In this document: positions 9,760-18,930 of the stretch, piece by piece
Position numbering within the stretch: the first letter of the stretch is position 1
Layout of the letters: every line of letters begins with the position of its first letter
Source: Brevundimonas sp.
GTDB taxonomy: Bacteria > Pseudomonadota > Alphaproteobacteria > Caulobacterales > Caulobacteraceae
Assembly: GCA_046291915.1 (NCBI GenBank)
Contig: JBKBSD010000005.1
Coordinates: 98,292-162,291 of the forward strand
Reading direction: 5' to 3'
Length of the DNA: 64,000 nucleotides
Translations under genes and position numbers: made by a program
The notes under the pieces: model-generated
Told to the model about the DNA's origin: nothing
What the model saw: the letters and a program-made list of their open reading frames with translations, nothing else
Databases searched by the model: none

Positions 9760-9925
9760 CCCTCAATTGTGCGCCCGTCCCGGCGAACGCTGGACATTCA
9801 GATCGAGAAATCGACACGCGTTTGAAAACGCCGCAAATTCCTTGTCGAGTTCGGCTGAACTCGGGGAGCGCTGGCGCTGGCGTGGACCGATGCGGCGCCT
9901 ATGTGGAAGCCACAGGAGTTCGCCG

Positions 9926-10987
9926 ATGCAGACCGCCCTCACCCGCCGCCTGAATCTGCGCCACCCCATCGTCCAGGCGCCGATGGCGGGCACGTCCACG
10001 CCGGAGATGGCTGCGGCTGTCAGCAACGCCGGAGGGCTGGGCTCGATTGCCATCGGCTCGGTGGGGGTGGATGAGGCGCTAACGCAGATCCGCGCGACAC
10101 GGGCGCTGACGGAAGGGCCGTTCAACGTCAACGTCTTCTGCCATGACCCGGCGGAGGCGGACGCCCGTCGCAACGCCGACTGGATCGAGGCCCTGCGACC
10201 GCTGTTTGCGCGCTTCGACGCCGAACCGCCGCTCGAACTGCGCAACATCTACCGCAGCTTCCGCGTGGATGATGAGGCGCTGGCCCTTCTGATCGAGGAG
10301 CGGCCCGCCGTGGTCAGCTTCCATTTCGGCCTGCCGGGCGCGGATCGGATCACCGCGCTGAAGGCGGCCGGGATCGCGCTGCTGGCCTCCGTCACCTCGC
10401 CGGAGGAAGGGCGCGCGGCGCAGGCGGCGGGCGTGGACATGGTGGTGGCTCAGGGTGTCGAGGCGGGCGGCCATCGCGGGGTGTTCGATCCGACGGACGA
10501 CCCACGCTTCGCCACCCTGCCCCTGACCCGTCTGCTGACCAGAGCGCTGGATATTCCGGTCATCGCGGCGGGCGGGATCATGGACGGCGCGGGCATTGCG
10601 GCCGTCCTGGCCCTCGGAGCGGCGGGCGCCCAACTGGGGACCGCCTTCATCCCCTGTCTTGAAAGCGCGGCGGGGCCGGCCTATCGGGCGAAGCTGGCCG
10701 GGCCGGACGCCGGGCGCACGCGGGTCAGCGCGGCGATCTCGGGCCGTCCGGCGCGGGGGCTGGAGAACACCTTCATGCGCGCTGCGGACGAGGCCCGGAT
10801 CGCGCCCTATCCCTTCGCCTACGACATCGGCAAGGCGTTGAACGCGGCGGCCACGGCGGCGGGCGACACCGGCTATATGCCCAACTGGGCCGGTCAGGGC
10901 GCGCCGCTGAGCCGGGCCATGCCGGCGGGGCGACTGGTGGAGACGCTGGCGGCGGAGCTGGAAACCGCACTGGACGGGCTGCGCTAG
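9926..10987 (+). CDS. Nitronate monooxygenase / 2-nitropropane dioxygenase family flavoprotein
   Basis: PIVQAPMAG, VSFHFG, QGVEAGGHRG, IAAGGIMDG, WAGQG; AGGAG before ATG 9926. Confidence 0.92.
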   Translation: MQTALTRRLNLRHPIVQAPMAGTSTPEMAAAVSNAGGLGSIAIGSVGVDEALTQIRATRALTEGPFNVNVFCHDPAEADARRNADWIEALRPLFARFDAEPPLELRNIYRSFRVDDEALALLIEERPAVVSFHFGLPGADRITALKAAGIALLASVTSPEEGRAAQAAGVDMVVAQGVEAGGHRGVFDPTDDPRFATLPLTRLLTRALDIPVIAAGGIMDGAGIAAVLALGAAGAQLGTAFIPCLESAAGPAYRAKLAGPDAGRTRVSAAISGRPARGLENTFMRAADEARIAPYPFAYDIGKALNAAATAAGDTGYMPNWAGQGAPLSRAMPAGRLVETLAAELETALDGLR

Positions 10988-11715
10988 AGCCGTCCCTGTT
11001 CCCGCAGCTTGTCGATCATCCAGACCCGGGCGGGCGGCAGCGGCCGGTCCATCGGGTGGAAGACGAACTGTTCCAGGAAGTGGCCGGTCAGGTCGAAGCC
11101 CGCGCCGATGTCGCCCTCGCCCAATCCCGCCTGTGCGCCCAGCATGAAGGGCGGAAGCTTCAGCAGCTTGTCGGCATAGGGCTTGCCCGCCTCCCGGCTG
11201 ACGGCGCGGCCCGTGCGGGGGCTGACCCAGATCAGGTCGTCCATGCCGCCGGTGACCGCGCAGCGACTGAGGTCCAGCCCGAAGCCCAAATCTTCCAGCA
11301 ACCCCGCCTCGAAGCGCACGAAGATGGCGGGCCAGACATCGGGGATGACGAAGGCCCCCATCAGGGCCTCGAAGGCCAGAAAGGCGCCGGGATGCGGCTC
11401 GCGCTCGGGCAGGGCGCCTTGCGCCACCGCGGCGGCGGCGGCGAGGCCCGTCAGGGCCAGCGGGTCGTCGAACAGGGCGCTTGGGCCCTCCCCCACCGGC
11501 TCCAGCCGGGCCGAGCCCAGCTGGTCCGGATTGCGGGCGCGGAACTCGGCCACCACCCGCGCCCCGGCCTGCAGGAAGGGCTTCATCTTGCGCGACGCCC
11601 CGCCCGCGACATAGGCCGCGCGCCGGCCCTGGCCCTCGGTCAGCAGGTCCACCACCACCCCGGTGTCACCATGGGCGCGGGCGGAAAGAACGAAGGCGTC
11701 TTCGGTGAAATCCAT
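10984..11715 (-). CDS. recO: DNA repair protein RecO
   Basis: AFVLSARAHG, GFGLDLSRCAVTG, VSPRTGRAVSREAG typical of alphaproteobacterial RecO. Confidence 0.95.
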   Translation of the reverse strand: MDFTEDAFVLSARAHGDTGVVVDLLTEGQGRRAAYVAGGASRKMKPFLQAGARVVAEFRARNPDQLGSARLEPVGEGPSALFDDPLALTGLAAAAAVAQGALPEREPHPGAFLAFEALMGAFVIPDVWPAIFVRFEAGLLEDLGFGLDLSRCAVTGGMDDLIWVSPRTGRAVSREAGKPYADKLLKLPPFMLGAQAGLGEGDIGAGFDLTGHFLEQFVFHPMDRPLPPARVWMIDKLREQGRL

Positions 11716-11733
11716 GGCCTCACCTAGCCCGGA

Positions 11734-11748
11734 GAACGTCTTGAGAAC
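11734..11748 (-). promoter_or_regulatory. LexA (SOS) box upstream of recO
   Basis: GAAC-GTCTTGA-GAAC on + strand, i.e. GTTC-N7-GTTC, 18 nt upstream of the recO ATG. Confidence 0.7.
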
Positions 11749-11801
11749 AACCGGCCGTTTTCAAACCCGGTTTTGCGCATCCCCCCCCTCCGCGGGGCGC
11801 T

Positions 11802-12308
11802 TCAGTCCGCGTCGCGGATCGCCTTCACGACCTGATCGGCCCTGTCATTCGGGACGGTGAAGCTGAGGACATACTGTTCGATCTTCAGCTCGCCGGCCGG
11901 GTCGCGGGCCAGAACGCCCGAGCCCCGTAGCTCGCCATAGCTCGCGTGGGTCAGCTTCTCATCGAAGACGAAGACGCCGCCCACCGACATGACGGTCCGG
12001 TCGTGGGGCTGATAGGTCCAGCCCTGTCCGCGGGCGAAAAAGGGCTCGGCATAGGCGCGGAACTCCGCAAGGCTCCAATGCTCGCCGGCGTCCGTGCCGA
12101 TGAAGCGCGCGGACGAGGAGTACTGGGCGAAATAGGTCGGGCCGTCGGCGCGGGCGGCGGCGGCGTGCATGGCGTCCAGCACGGCGTTGACCTCGGCCAC
12201 CTCTTGCTGGCCGCGCTGGATCGCGCCGGGGTCCGGCGCCGGGACCATCGCCGCGTCAGGCGGTCCGACCTGAATGAGGGCGGCGATCACGAGGGCGATG
12301 AAGGACAT
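11802..12308 (-). CDS. Exported SnoaL/NTF2-like protein
   Basis: Signal-like N-terminus; FIGTDAGEHW, GQGWTY, FDEKL, RGSGVL, YVLSFTVPN. Confidence 0.8.
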   Translation of the reverse strand: MSFIALVIAALIQVGPPDAAMVPAPDPGAIQRGQQEVAEVNAVLDAMHAAAARADGPTYFAQYSSSARFIGTDAGEHWSLAEFRAYAEPFFARGQGWTYQPHDRTVMSVGGVFVFDEKLTHASYGELRGSGVLARDPAGELKIEQYVLSFTVPNDRADQVVKAIRDAD

Positions 12309-12368
12309 GCGGCGCTTCCCTGTCTGGACCTGACTTCATAGGCGCCGGGGCGTCGCGGGGTAAAGCCG

Positions 12369-12980
12369 CTATTCGGCGCTCTCGGGAACGGGGAAGGTCT
12401 CCGGCTTCAGCACGCCGGCCACAGCCAGCAGGTTGCGGGCGGCGTTGCGGCCGACCCGGTCGGAGTAGTCATGGCCCTGATCGGTCTCGGTGTAGTCGGG
12501 TCCCGGTCCCGGCCCCAGGTGCCAATAGGTCCAGCTCTGGCCCGGTATGGTGAAGCCCATGTCGATCAGGCCCTGACAGACGGTGGCGACGATGTTGTGG
12601 GCCCCGTCCTCATTGCCGGTGATGACCACGCCCGCGACCTTGCCGAGGGCGACCGGTCGCCCGCTGTCGTCCGTCTCCTCGAACAGGGCGTCCATCCGCT
12701 CGAGCGCGCGAAGGCAGACGCTGGACATCTGGCCGAGCCAGGTGGGCGTCGCGAAGATGAGAATGTCGGCGGCGATGATCTTGTCATGCACGCCGGGCCA
12801 GTCGTCCCCCTCGCCCTCATCGGTCTTGATGCCGGGCTTGAGGTTCAGGTCGACCAGTCGGACCATATCCACCTCCGCCCCGCCCTTCTCCAGCTCCGCC
12901 TGAACCACCTTGGCCAAGGCCTCGGTGCTGGAGCTTTGTGGAGAGGGTTTGAGGGTGCAGTTGAGGATCAGGGCTTTCAT
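12369..12980 (-). CDS. Flavodoxin-like NADPH-dependent FMN reductase family protein
   Basis: LILNCTLKPSP, ADILIFATPTWLG, GNEDGAH; GGAG before ATG 12980. Confidence 0.88.
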   Translation of the reverse strand: MKALILNCTLKPSPQSSSTEALAKVVQAELEKGGAEVDMVRLVDLNLKPGIKTDEGEGDDWPGVHDKIIAADILIFATPTWLGQMSSVCLRALERMDALFEETDDSGRPVALGKVAGVVITGNEDGAHNIVATVCQGLIDMGFTIPGQSWTYWHLGPGPGPDYTETDQGHDYSDRVGRNAARNLLAVAGVLKPETFPVPESAE

Positions 12981-13038
12981 GGCGATCTCCGTGTTCGCAG
13001 CGCCAACACGACGAAAGCGAAACCGGTTCCGGACTTCC

Positions 13039-13096
13039 ATTTAACCGATCGGTTGACAACGCTTTTGGCGAGGAGCATTTAACTCATCAGTTAGAT
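13039..13096. promoter_or_regulatory. Two palindromic operators overlapping the ArsR operon promoter
   Basis: ATTT-AACCGATCGGTT (palindrome 13043-13054, overlapping TTGACA 13053-13058) and ATTT-AACTCATCAGTT (13081-13092). Confidence 0.7.
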
Positions 13097-13109
13097 ACGA
13101 AGACGCCTG

Positions 13110-13457
13110 ATGAACACCGACCTTCTCTCCGCCCGCTTCTCAGCCTTGGCTGACCCGACCCGTCGGGCCATCCTCGCGCGGCTGACGGAGGGCGAAGCGA
13201 GCGTGAACCAGCTGGCCGAGCCGTTCGACATGAGCCTTCCGGCGGTGTCGAAACATCTCAAGGTGCTGGAGAAGGCCGGGCTCATCAGCCGGGGCAAGGA
13301 GGCGCAATGGCGCCCGGCCCGCCTCGAACCACAGGCGCTGAAGAGCGTCTCGGACTGGCTGGATCACTACCGCCGCTACTGGGACGCCAGCTTCGACCGT
13401 CTCGACGCCTACCTGCAAAAAATCCAGAAGGGAGAGCCCGATGGCTCAGGACACTGA
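13110..13457 (+). CDS. ArsR/SmtB family transcriptional repressor
   Basis: FSALADPTRRAIL, MSLPAVSKHLKVLE. Confidence 0.93.
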   Translation: MNTDLLSARFSALADPTRRAILARLTEGEASVNQLAEPFDMSLPAVSKHLKVLEKAGLISRGKEAQWRPARLEPQALKSVSDWLDHYRRYWDASFDRLDAYLQKIQKGEPDGSGH

Positions 13458-13944
13458 CAACAACCCCTGCGACACCGACGGCGTGGCGCATGAGCATTCG
13501 CTGACCCTGCGCCGCGTGTTCGACGCCACGCCGGAGCAGATCTGGACCGCGTGGATGACGCCCGAGATCCTCCAGCAGTGGTTCGTGCCACGGCCCTGGA
13601 CGGTGTCGGACGTGCAGATCGATCCGCGTCCCGGCGGGGTGTTCAGTATGATCATGCACGGCCCGGACGGCGAGACCATGCCCAACAGCGGCATCTTCCT
13701 GCACGTCGAGCCCGGCAAGCGCTGGATCACGACCGACGCCCTGACCCCGGAGTGGAAGCCCGCCGGCCAGCCCTTCATGGTGGCGACCATCGAACTGACC
13801 CCGACCGCCGACGGCAAGACGGAATACGTCGCTACCGCCCGGCACTGGAACGCCGAGGCGATGAAGCAGCACGAGGCCATGGGCTTCCACGACGGCTGGG
13901 GCGCCTGCGCCGACCAGCTGGCCGAACTGCTGAAGACCCACTGA
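13441..13944 (+). CDS. SRPBCC/AHSA1 domain protein
   Basis: LTLRRVFDA, QWFVPRPW, DPRPGG, HEAMGFHDGWG. Confidence 0.9.
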   Translation: MAQDTDNNPCDTDGVAHEHSLTLRRVFDATPEQIWTAWMTPEILQQWFVPRPWTVSDVQIDPRPGGVFSMIMHGPDGETMPNSGIFLHVEPGKRWITTDALTPEWKPAGQPFMVATIELTPTADGKTEYVATARHWNAEAMKQHEAMGFHDGWGACADQLAELLKTH

Positions 13945-13947
13945 TCC

Positions 13948-14424
13948 ATGGCCCTCGCTGACTCCGCGTCAATCCGGCTGACCCTGAACATGCAGCGCGT
14001 GTTCGACGCGCCGCGCGCCTTGGTCTGGCGAGCCTGGACGCAACCCGAGGCCATGGTCCTGTGGCTGGGGCCGGTCGAGTGGCCCGCGGTCAGCGTGACG
14101 CAGGATTTGCAGGTCGGTGGTCAATGGCGGGCCTGCCTGCGCTCGCCCGAGACGGGACAGGACCTGTGGCAGGGCGGTGTCTATCGCGAGATCGTCCCGC
14201 CGGAACGGTTGGTCTTCACCTTCAAATGGGATGAGAGCCACGAGGACGGCCCGCCGGTCGAGACGCTGGTGACCATGGTCCTGACCGAGACCGACGACGG
14301 GCGAACGCGCATGGACTTCACCCACGAGGGGCTGAAGTCCGAACAGAGCCTGACTGGCCACAAACACGGCTGGAACAGCACCGCCGACCGGCTGGAGGCC
14401 TGGCTGACGGCCAACAAGAGCTGA
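13948..14424 (+). CDS. SRPBCC/AHSA1 domain protein
   Basis: RVFDAPRALVWRAWT, GVYREIVPPERLVFT, HKHGW. Confidence 0.9.
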   Translation: MALADSASIRLTLNMQRVFDAPRALVWRAWTQPEAMVLWLGPVEWPAVSVTQDLQVGGQWRACLRSPETGQDLWQGGVYREIVPPERLVFTFKWDESHEDGPPVETLVTMVLTETDDGRTRMDFTHEGLKSEQSLTGHKHGWNSTADRLEAWLTANKS

Positions 14425-14439
14425 CAAGGGAGAGCGACC

Positions 14440-14886
14440 ATGAAGATCGTGACGAGCCTGAGTTTCCCCGGCACCTGCCGGGAAGCGTTCGAGTTCTACG
14501 CCCGCGTGCTGGGCGGCGAGATCACCGCCGCCCTCCCCTATGGCGACGGCCCTCCCGATATGCCGGTCCCGGCGCAGATCAGGGACTGGCTGATGCACTG
14601 CTGGCTTCAGGTCGGGGATCAGGCGCTGATGGGCTCCGATATGCATCCCGACTACGCCCCGGACATGAACAAGCCCAAGGATGGCTTCGACGTCAGCCTG
14701 CATACCGAGGATCCCGTCGAGGCCAGGCGCTGGTTCGACGCCCTGTCAGAAGACGCGCAGGCGATCCAGATGCCTTTTGGTCCGACCTTCTGGTCACCGG
14801 GCTTCGGCGGACTTGTCGACCGGTTCGGCGTGCCGTGGATGATCAACACCCGGCCCTCCGCCGACTGGACCCCCTCGCAGGGCTGA
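14440..14886 (+). CDS. VOC / PhnB-like glyoxalase family protein
   Basis: LSFPGTCREAFEFY, MPFGPTFWS..FG.LVDRFGVPWMIN. Confidence 0.9.
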   Translation: MKIVTSLSFPGTCREAFEFYARVLGGEITAALPYGDGPPDMPVPAQIRDWLMHCWLQVGDQALMGSDMHPDYAPDMNKPKDGFDVSLHTEDPVEARRWFDALSEDAQAIQMPFGPTFWSPGFGGLVDRFGVPWMINTRPSADWTPSQG

Positions 14887-14904
14887 TCGCCCCACCGGAA
14901 ACCG

Positions 14905-15297
14905 ATGATGAAAGCCACACCGCTCGTCTGGACGGGGCGGGTGCTCAGCACCCTGTTCGTCCTGTTCATGCTGGGCGCGTCCATCGCGCCCAAATTCCTG
15001 ATGCCGGAGATGGCGGCGCAGGCGTCACGCCCCATCGGGGTCGATGACGGGAACATCTTGCTGATCGGCTTGCTCGAGCTGGTCGGGACGCTGCTCTACA
15101 TCTGGCGGCGGACGGCCCTGCTGGGTGCGATCGTCCTGACCGCCGTCCTCGGCGGCGCCATCGCCACCCACATGAACGCCGGCAGCCCGCTGTTCAGCCA
15201 CACCCTGTTCGGGGTCTGGCTGGGACTGGTGATGTGGGGCGGCCTGTGGCTGCGGGACGCGGACCTGCGGGGCGTGTTGCCCCTGCGCCGCGGCTAG
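14905..15297 (+). CDS. DoxX-like membrane protein
   Basis: Four hydrophobic segments; LGAIVLTAVLGGAIATH, WGGLWLRD. Confidence 0.85.
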   Translation: MMKATPLVWTGRVLSTLFVLFMLGASIAPKFLMPEMAAQASRPIGVDDGNILLIGLLELVGTLLYIWRRTALLGAIVLTAVLGGAIATHMNAGSPLFSHTLFGVWLGLVMWGGLWLRDADLRGVLPLRRG

Positions 15298-15343
15298 GGC
15301 CGCCGCGCGACAGAACGTCTGACACTCAAGCAGGAGACCTCCG

Positions 15344-16009
15344 ATGCGAAAAGTTCGATTTGCCGGCTTCCTCTCCATCGATGGCGTGATGCAGGGACCG
15401 GGCGGTCCCGAAGAGGACACGACCGGCGGCTTCACCTTGGGCGGCTGGGTCTGGCCCCACTTCGACGACGTGTCCGGCGAGCTGATGGGCGAGGCGATGG
15501 GGGAGGACTACGACCTGCTGCTCGGCCGTCGCACCTACGAGATCTTCGCCGCCTACTGGCCGACCATGGACGACGCGATCGGCCGCACCTTCAACGCCAT
15601 CGACAAATACGTCTCCGCCGGGCCGGAAACCCCGATGGACTGGTCGCACAGCTACCGGCTCGAAGGCGATGTCGTGGAGGCGGTGCGGGCGCTGAAGGCC
15701 AGCGGAGACCGCGACCTGCTGATCCAGGGCTCCGGCGAGCTGGTGCAGACCTTGTTGGCGGCGGGGCTGGTGGACGAGCTGACCACCCTCACCTTCCCGA
15801 TCATGCTCGGACGGGGGAAACGCCTGTTCGACGGCGCGGCCAGCCCGCACAGTTGGACGCTGGAGAAAAGCGTGTCGTCCTCGACCGGCGTGGTCGTGAA
15901 CCGCTACCGGCTGGCGGGCGATGTCCCGACCGGCAGCTTCGCCGCGCAGCCGCCCGGCCCGGCGGAACTGGCCCGCCGCGAACGCTGGGCTCGCGAGGAC
16001 CGTTCCTAA
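15344..16009 (+). CDS. Dihydrofolate reductase-like (RibD C-terminal) protein
   Basis: SIDGVMQGPGGPEED, LLLGRRTYEIF, GLVDE...P..LGRGKRLF. Confidence 0.88.
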   Translation: MRKVRFAGFLSIDGVMQGPGGPEEDTTGGFTLGGWVWPHFDDVSGELMGEAMGEDYDLLLGRRTYEIFAAYWPTMDDAIGRTFNAIDKYVSAGPETPMDWSHSYRLEGDVVEAVRALKASGDRDLLIQGSGELVQTLLAAGLVDELTTLTFPIMLGRGKRLFDGAASPHSWTLEKSVSSSTGVVVNRYRLAGDVPTGSFAAQPPGPAELARRERWAREDRS

Positions 16010-17241
16010 CGGGCGAGGGTGGTCGGGAAACCCCGGCCCAGCGCCTCGGCCATGCCCTGTTGCGACAGCAGGAAGACGGCGTCGCGCTGGTGATAGTTGT
16101 TCGACAGCACGATCACGGTCACGTCTTCATCCGGCTGATAGGTGACCAGGTTGCGGAAGCCGGACCAGCTGCCGGTGTGGAAGATCTGGTTGTCGGTGAA
16201 CTCGGGCCGGACCTGACGGCCCAGTTCCTTCTCATAGAGGCCGTAGCCCCACAGGCGGCGCGGCTTGCCGCGTTCGTCGGGCGTGTCGGCCGGCGCGTGG
16301 TCGGCGATCATCTGGCCGTAGCTGCGGGCCGAGAGCACGTGACCGCGGTGCAGGGCCCTCTCCCAGATCAGCAGGTCGTCCAGCGTCGAATACAGGGCTC
16401 CGGCGCCGTAGATGATGCTGACGTTGGCGTCCGGCTGGGGCGTCGGCGCGCCTGCGGCCAGGTTGGCGTAGCCCATGACGACGTCCGACTGTCCGTCGTC
16501 ATACCCCGTATCGGTCATGCCCAGCGGCTTGAAGAAGGCCTGCTGCAGATAGTCGTGCAGCCCCATGCCGGTGATCGTCTCGACCACGGCGCCCAGCAGG
16601 TTATAGCCCGCATTGTCATATCTCACCTTTGTGCCGGGCGGGAACTGCAGGCCGTAGCGCATGGAATCGGCGGTCAATTCTTCCGGCGTCGCAGGTGTCA
16701 CGCGGCGCAGACCCCAGCCCGGTCGCGCCATCAGGTCCGGGATCCCCGAGGTGTGCGAAAGCAGATGATGCAGCCGGATCGGCGCCCAGGCAGCAGGGCA
16801 CGGCTGGATGTATTTGCAGACCGGATCATCGACCGACAGCTTGCCGTCGTCCTGCAGACGCAGGATGGCGGCGGCGGTGAACTGCTTGCTGACCGACGCC
16901 AGTCGGAACCGCGAGTTCAGGGCCAGCGGCTTCATCGGGCTGCGGTCCGCCCAGCCGTGGACCTGACGGTAGAGAACCTGATCGCCCTTCGCCACCAGAA
17001 CCCCGCCCGTGAACTGGCCCGAACCGCCCCAGCGATCCAGCTGCGCCTTCAGCTCGGGCAGTTGCTCGACGACCTCGACCGGGGGGCGCGGCGGCAGGGA
17101 TTCGACCGTGCCTTCGGCGGGGTCATGCGGCTTGCGCAGCGTGCCCCAGCCGATCAGCCCGATGACGGTGATGAGCAGGACGACCAGAAAGCCGAGGGCC
17201 AGCCGGGGATGATTCCCGGCGCGACGGGGGACGTGGAACAC
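16006..17241 (-). CDS. Serine hydrolase, beta-lactamase class C/PBP family
   Basis: SVSK (SxxK), LLSHTSG, YDN (YxN), HTG motifs; N-terminal TM. Confidence 0.88.
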   Translation of the reverse strand: MFHVPRRAGNHPRLALGFLVVLLITVIGLIGWGTLRKPHDPAEGTVESLPPRPPVEVVEQLPELKAQLDRWGGSGQFTGGVLVAKGDQVLYRQVHGWADRSPMKPLALNSRFRLASVSKQFTAAAILRLQDDGKLSVDDPVCKYIQPCPAAWAPIRLHHLLSHTSGIPDLMARPGWGLRRVTPATPEELTADSMRYGLQFPPGTKVRYDNAGYNLLGAVVETITGMGLHDYLQQAFFKPLGMTDTGYDDGQSDVVMGYANLAAGAPTPQPDANVSIIYGAGALYSTLDDLLIWERALHRGHVLSARSYGQMIADHAPADTPDERGKPRRLWGYGLYEKELGRQVRPEFTDNQIFHTGSWSGFRNLVTYQPDEDVTVIVLSNNYHQRDAVFLLSQQGMAEALGRGFPTTLAR

Positions 17242-17254
17242 CAGACAGAAACTC

Positions 17255-18217
17255 TTAGACGTCGTAATCCAGCCCGAACTGGGCGTAGAGGGCGCGGCTG
17301 TCCTGCCACTTGGGATCGACCTTCACCGTCAGGAACAGGTGGACCGGGCGGTCCATCAGCTCGGTCAGTTCCTCGCGCGATTTCTGGCCGATCCATTTCA
17401 GGGTCTGGCCGCCCTTGCCCAGAACGATGGGGCGCTGGCTTTCGCGCTCGACATAGATGGTCTGCTCGATCCGGGCCGAGCCGTCGGGCTTGTCCTCGAA
17501 CGCGGTGGTCTCGACGGCCGCCGAATAGGGCAGCTCCTCGTGGACGCGCAGGTAGACCTTCTCGCGCGTGATCTCGGCGGCCAGGACGCGCATCGGCACG
17601 TCGGCGGACTGATCGGCGGGATAGAGCCACGGCCCCGCGGGCATGGCGTCGGCCAGACGCTGGCCCAGATCGTCGACTCCGTCGCCGCTGAGGGCCGAGA
17701 TCATGAAGACCTCGCTGTAGACGCCGGTTTCGAACAGGGTGTGCGACAGCGCCAGCAGGGTGTCGCGGCGCATGCCGTCGATCTTGTTCAGCGCCAGGAT
17801 GACCTGTTTGCCGGCGGTCTTCAGCGCGGCGATGATGGTCTGGGTGTCCTCGGCCGAGCGACGGTCGGCGGCCTGGCCTTCCCGGGTTTCGGCGGCGATG
17901 TGGGAGGCGGCGTCGATCAGGTGGACCACGACGTCGGCGTCATCCGCTCCACCCCAGGCCGAGGCGACCATGGCGCGGTCCAGCCGGCGGCGTGGGCTGA
18001 AGATGCCGGGCGTGTCGACCAGCACGATCTGCGCGTCGCCATAGAGGGCGATGCCCCGCACAGGAAAGCGCGTCGTCTGCACCTTCTGGGTGACGATCGA
18101 GACCTTGGTTCCGGTCAGCCGGTTGACCAGCGTCGACTTGCCCGCGTTGGGGGCGCCGATGATCGCGGCGAAGCCTGCGCGCTGTCCCTGGGGACCCGGA
18201 TGTTGGAGATCGGTCAA
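17255..18217 (-). CDS. era: GTPase Era
   Basis: GAPNAGKST, DTPG, NKID, C-terminal KH domain. Confidence 0.97.
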   Translation of the reverse strand: MTDLQHPGPQGQRAGFAAIIGAPNAGKSTLVNRLTGTKVSIVTQKVQTTRFPVRGIALYGDAQIVLVDTPGIFSPRRRLDRAMVASAWGGADDADVVVHLIDAASHIAAETREGQAADRRSAEDTQTIIAALKTAGKQVILALNKIDGMRRDTLLALSHTLFETGVYSEVFMISALSGDGVDDLGQRLADAMPAGPWLYPADQSADVPMRVLAAEITREKVYLRVHEELPYSAAVETTAFEDKPDGSARIEQTIYVERESQRPIVLGKGGQTLKWIGQKSREELTELMDRPVHLFLTVKVDPKWQDSRALYAQFGLDYDV

Positions 18218-18930
18218 ATGACGCCTTCACGTTGCAGAACGGCCGTCGCGGCCGCTTTCTCCGCGTCCTGACGTGATCGCCCCTGCGCGGTCAAGGGCGG
18301 ATATCCGGCTACGCTTGCCTCGACGGTGAAGGTCGGGGCGTGATCCGAGCCGGTTCGCTCGACAATTCTGTAGGTCGGAAGCGCCTTCCCCTGCCCCAGC
18401 GCCCACTCCTGCAGCGCCGATTTCGGGTTGGTCAGGGCCTTCTTGGGATTGGCGGCGAACTCGGGCGCCCAGGCGATTTCGAACACCGCCCGCGCCGCGT
18501 CCATGCCGCCGTCCAGCCAGACTGCGGCCAGCAGGGCCTCCATCGCGTCACCCAGCACGCCTTCGCGGCGGCGACCGCCCTGTTTGGCTTCGCCCGGCGA
18601 CAGGCGCATGGCCGGTCCGACCTCCAGCCGGTCGGCGACCCGGGCGCAGGCGGCCTTGTCGACCAGTCCGTGCAGACGGGCGGACATGTCGCCCTCGTCG
18701 GCCTCGGGGAAGTCGCGCATCAGCTTGTCGGCGACCAGCAGGCCCAGCACCCTGTCGCCTAGGAACTCCATCCGCTGGTTGTCGAGGAAGGGCCGACCCC
18801 GCGCATCGCGTTCGGCGCCTTCACCCACGCTGGCGTGGGTCAGGGCCTGCTCCAGCAGGCCCCGATCCCGGAACGTATGGCCGAGGTTGCGCGTCAGCGC
18901 TGTGACCGCCTCGGCCCGCCGATCCGTCAT
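18214..18930 (-). CDS. rnc: Ribonuclease III
   Basis: NQRMEFLGDRVLGL signature, dsRBD NPKSALQEW; ATG 18930 overlaps the lepB stop. Confidence 0.96.
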   Translation of the reverse strand: MTDRRAEAVTALTRNLGHTFRDRGLLEQALTHASVGEGAERDARGRPFLDNQRMEFLGDRVLGLLVADKLMRDFPEADEGDMSARLHGLVDKAACARVADRLEVGPAMRLSPGEAKQGGRRREGVLGDAMEALLAAVWLDGGMDAARAVFEIAWAPEFAANPKKALTNPKSALQEWALGQGKALPTYRIVERTGSDHAPTFTVEASVAGYPPLTAQGRSRQDAEKAAATAVLQREGVI

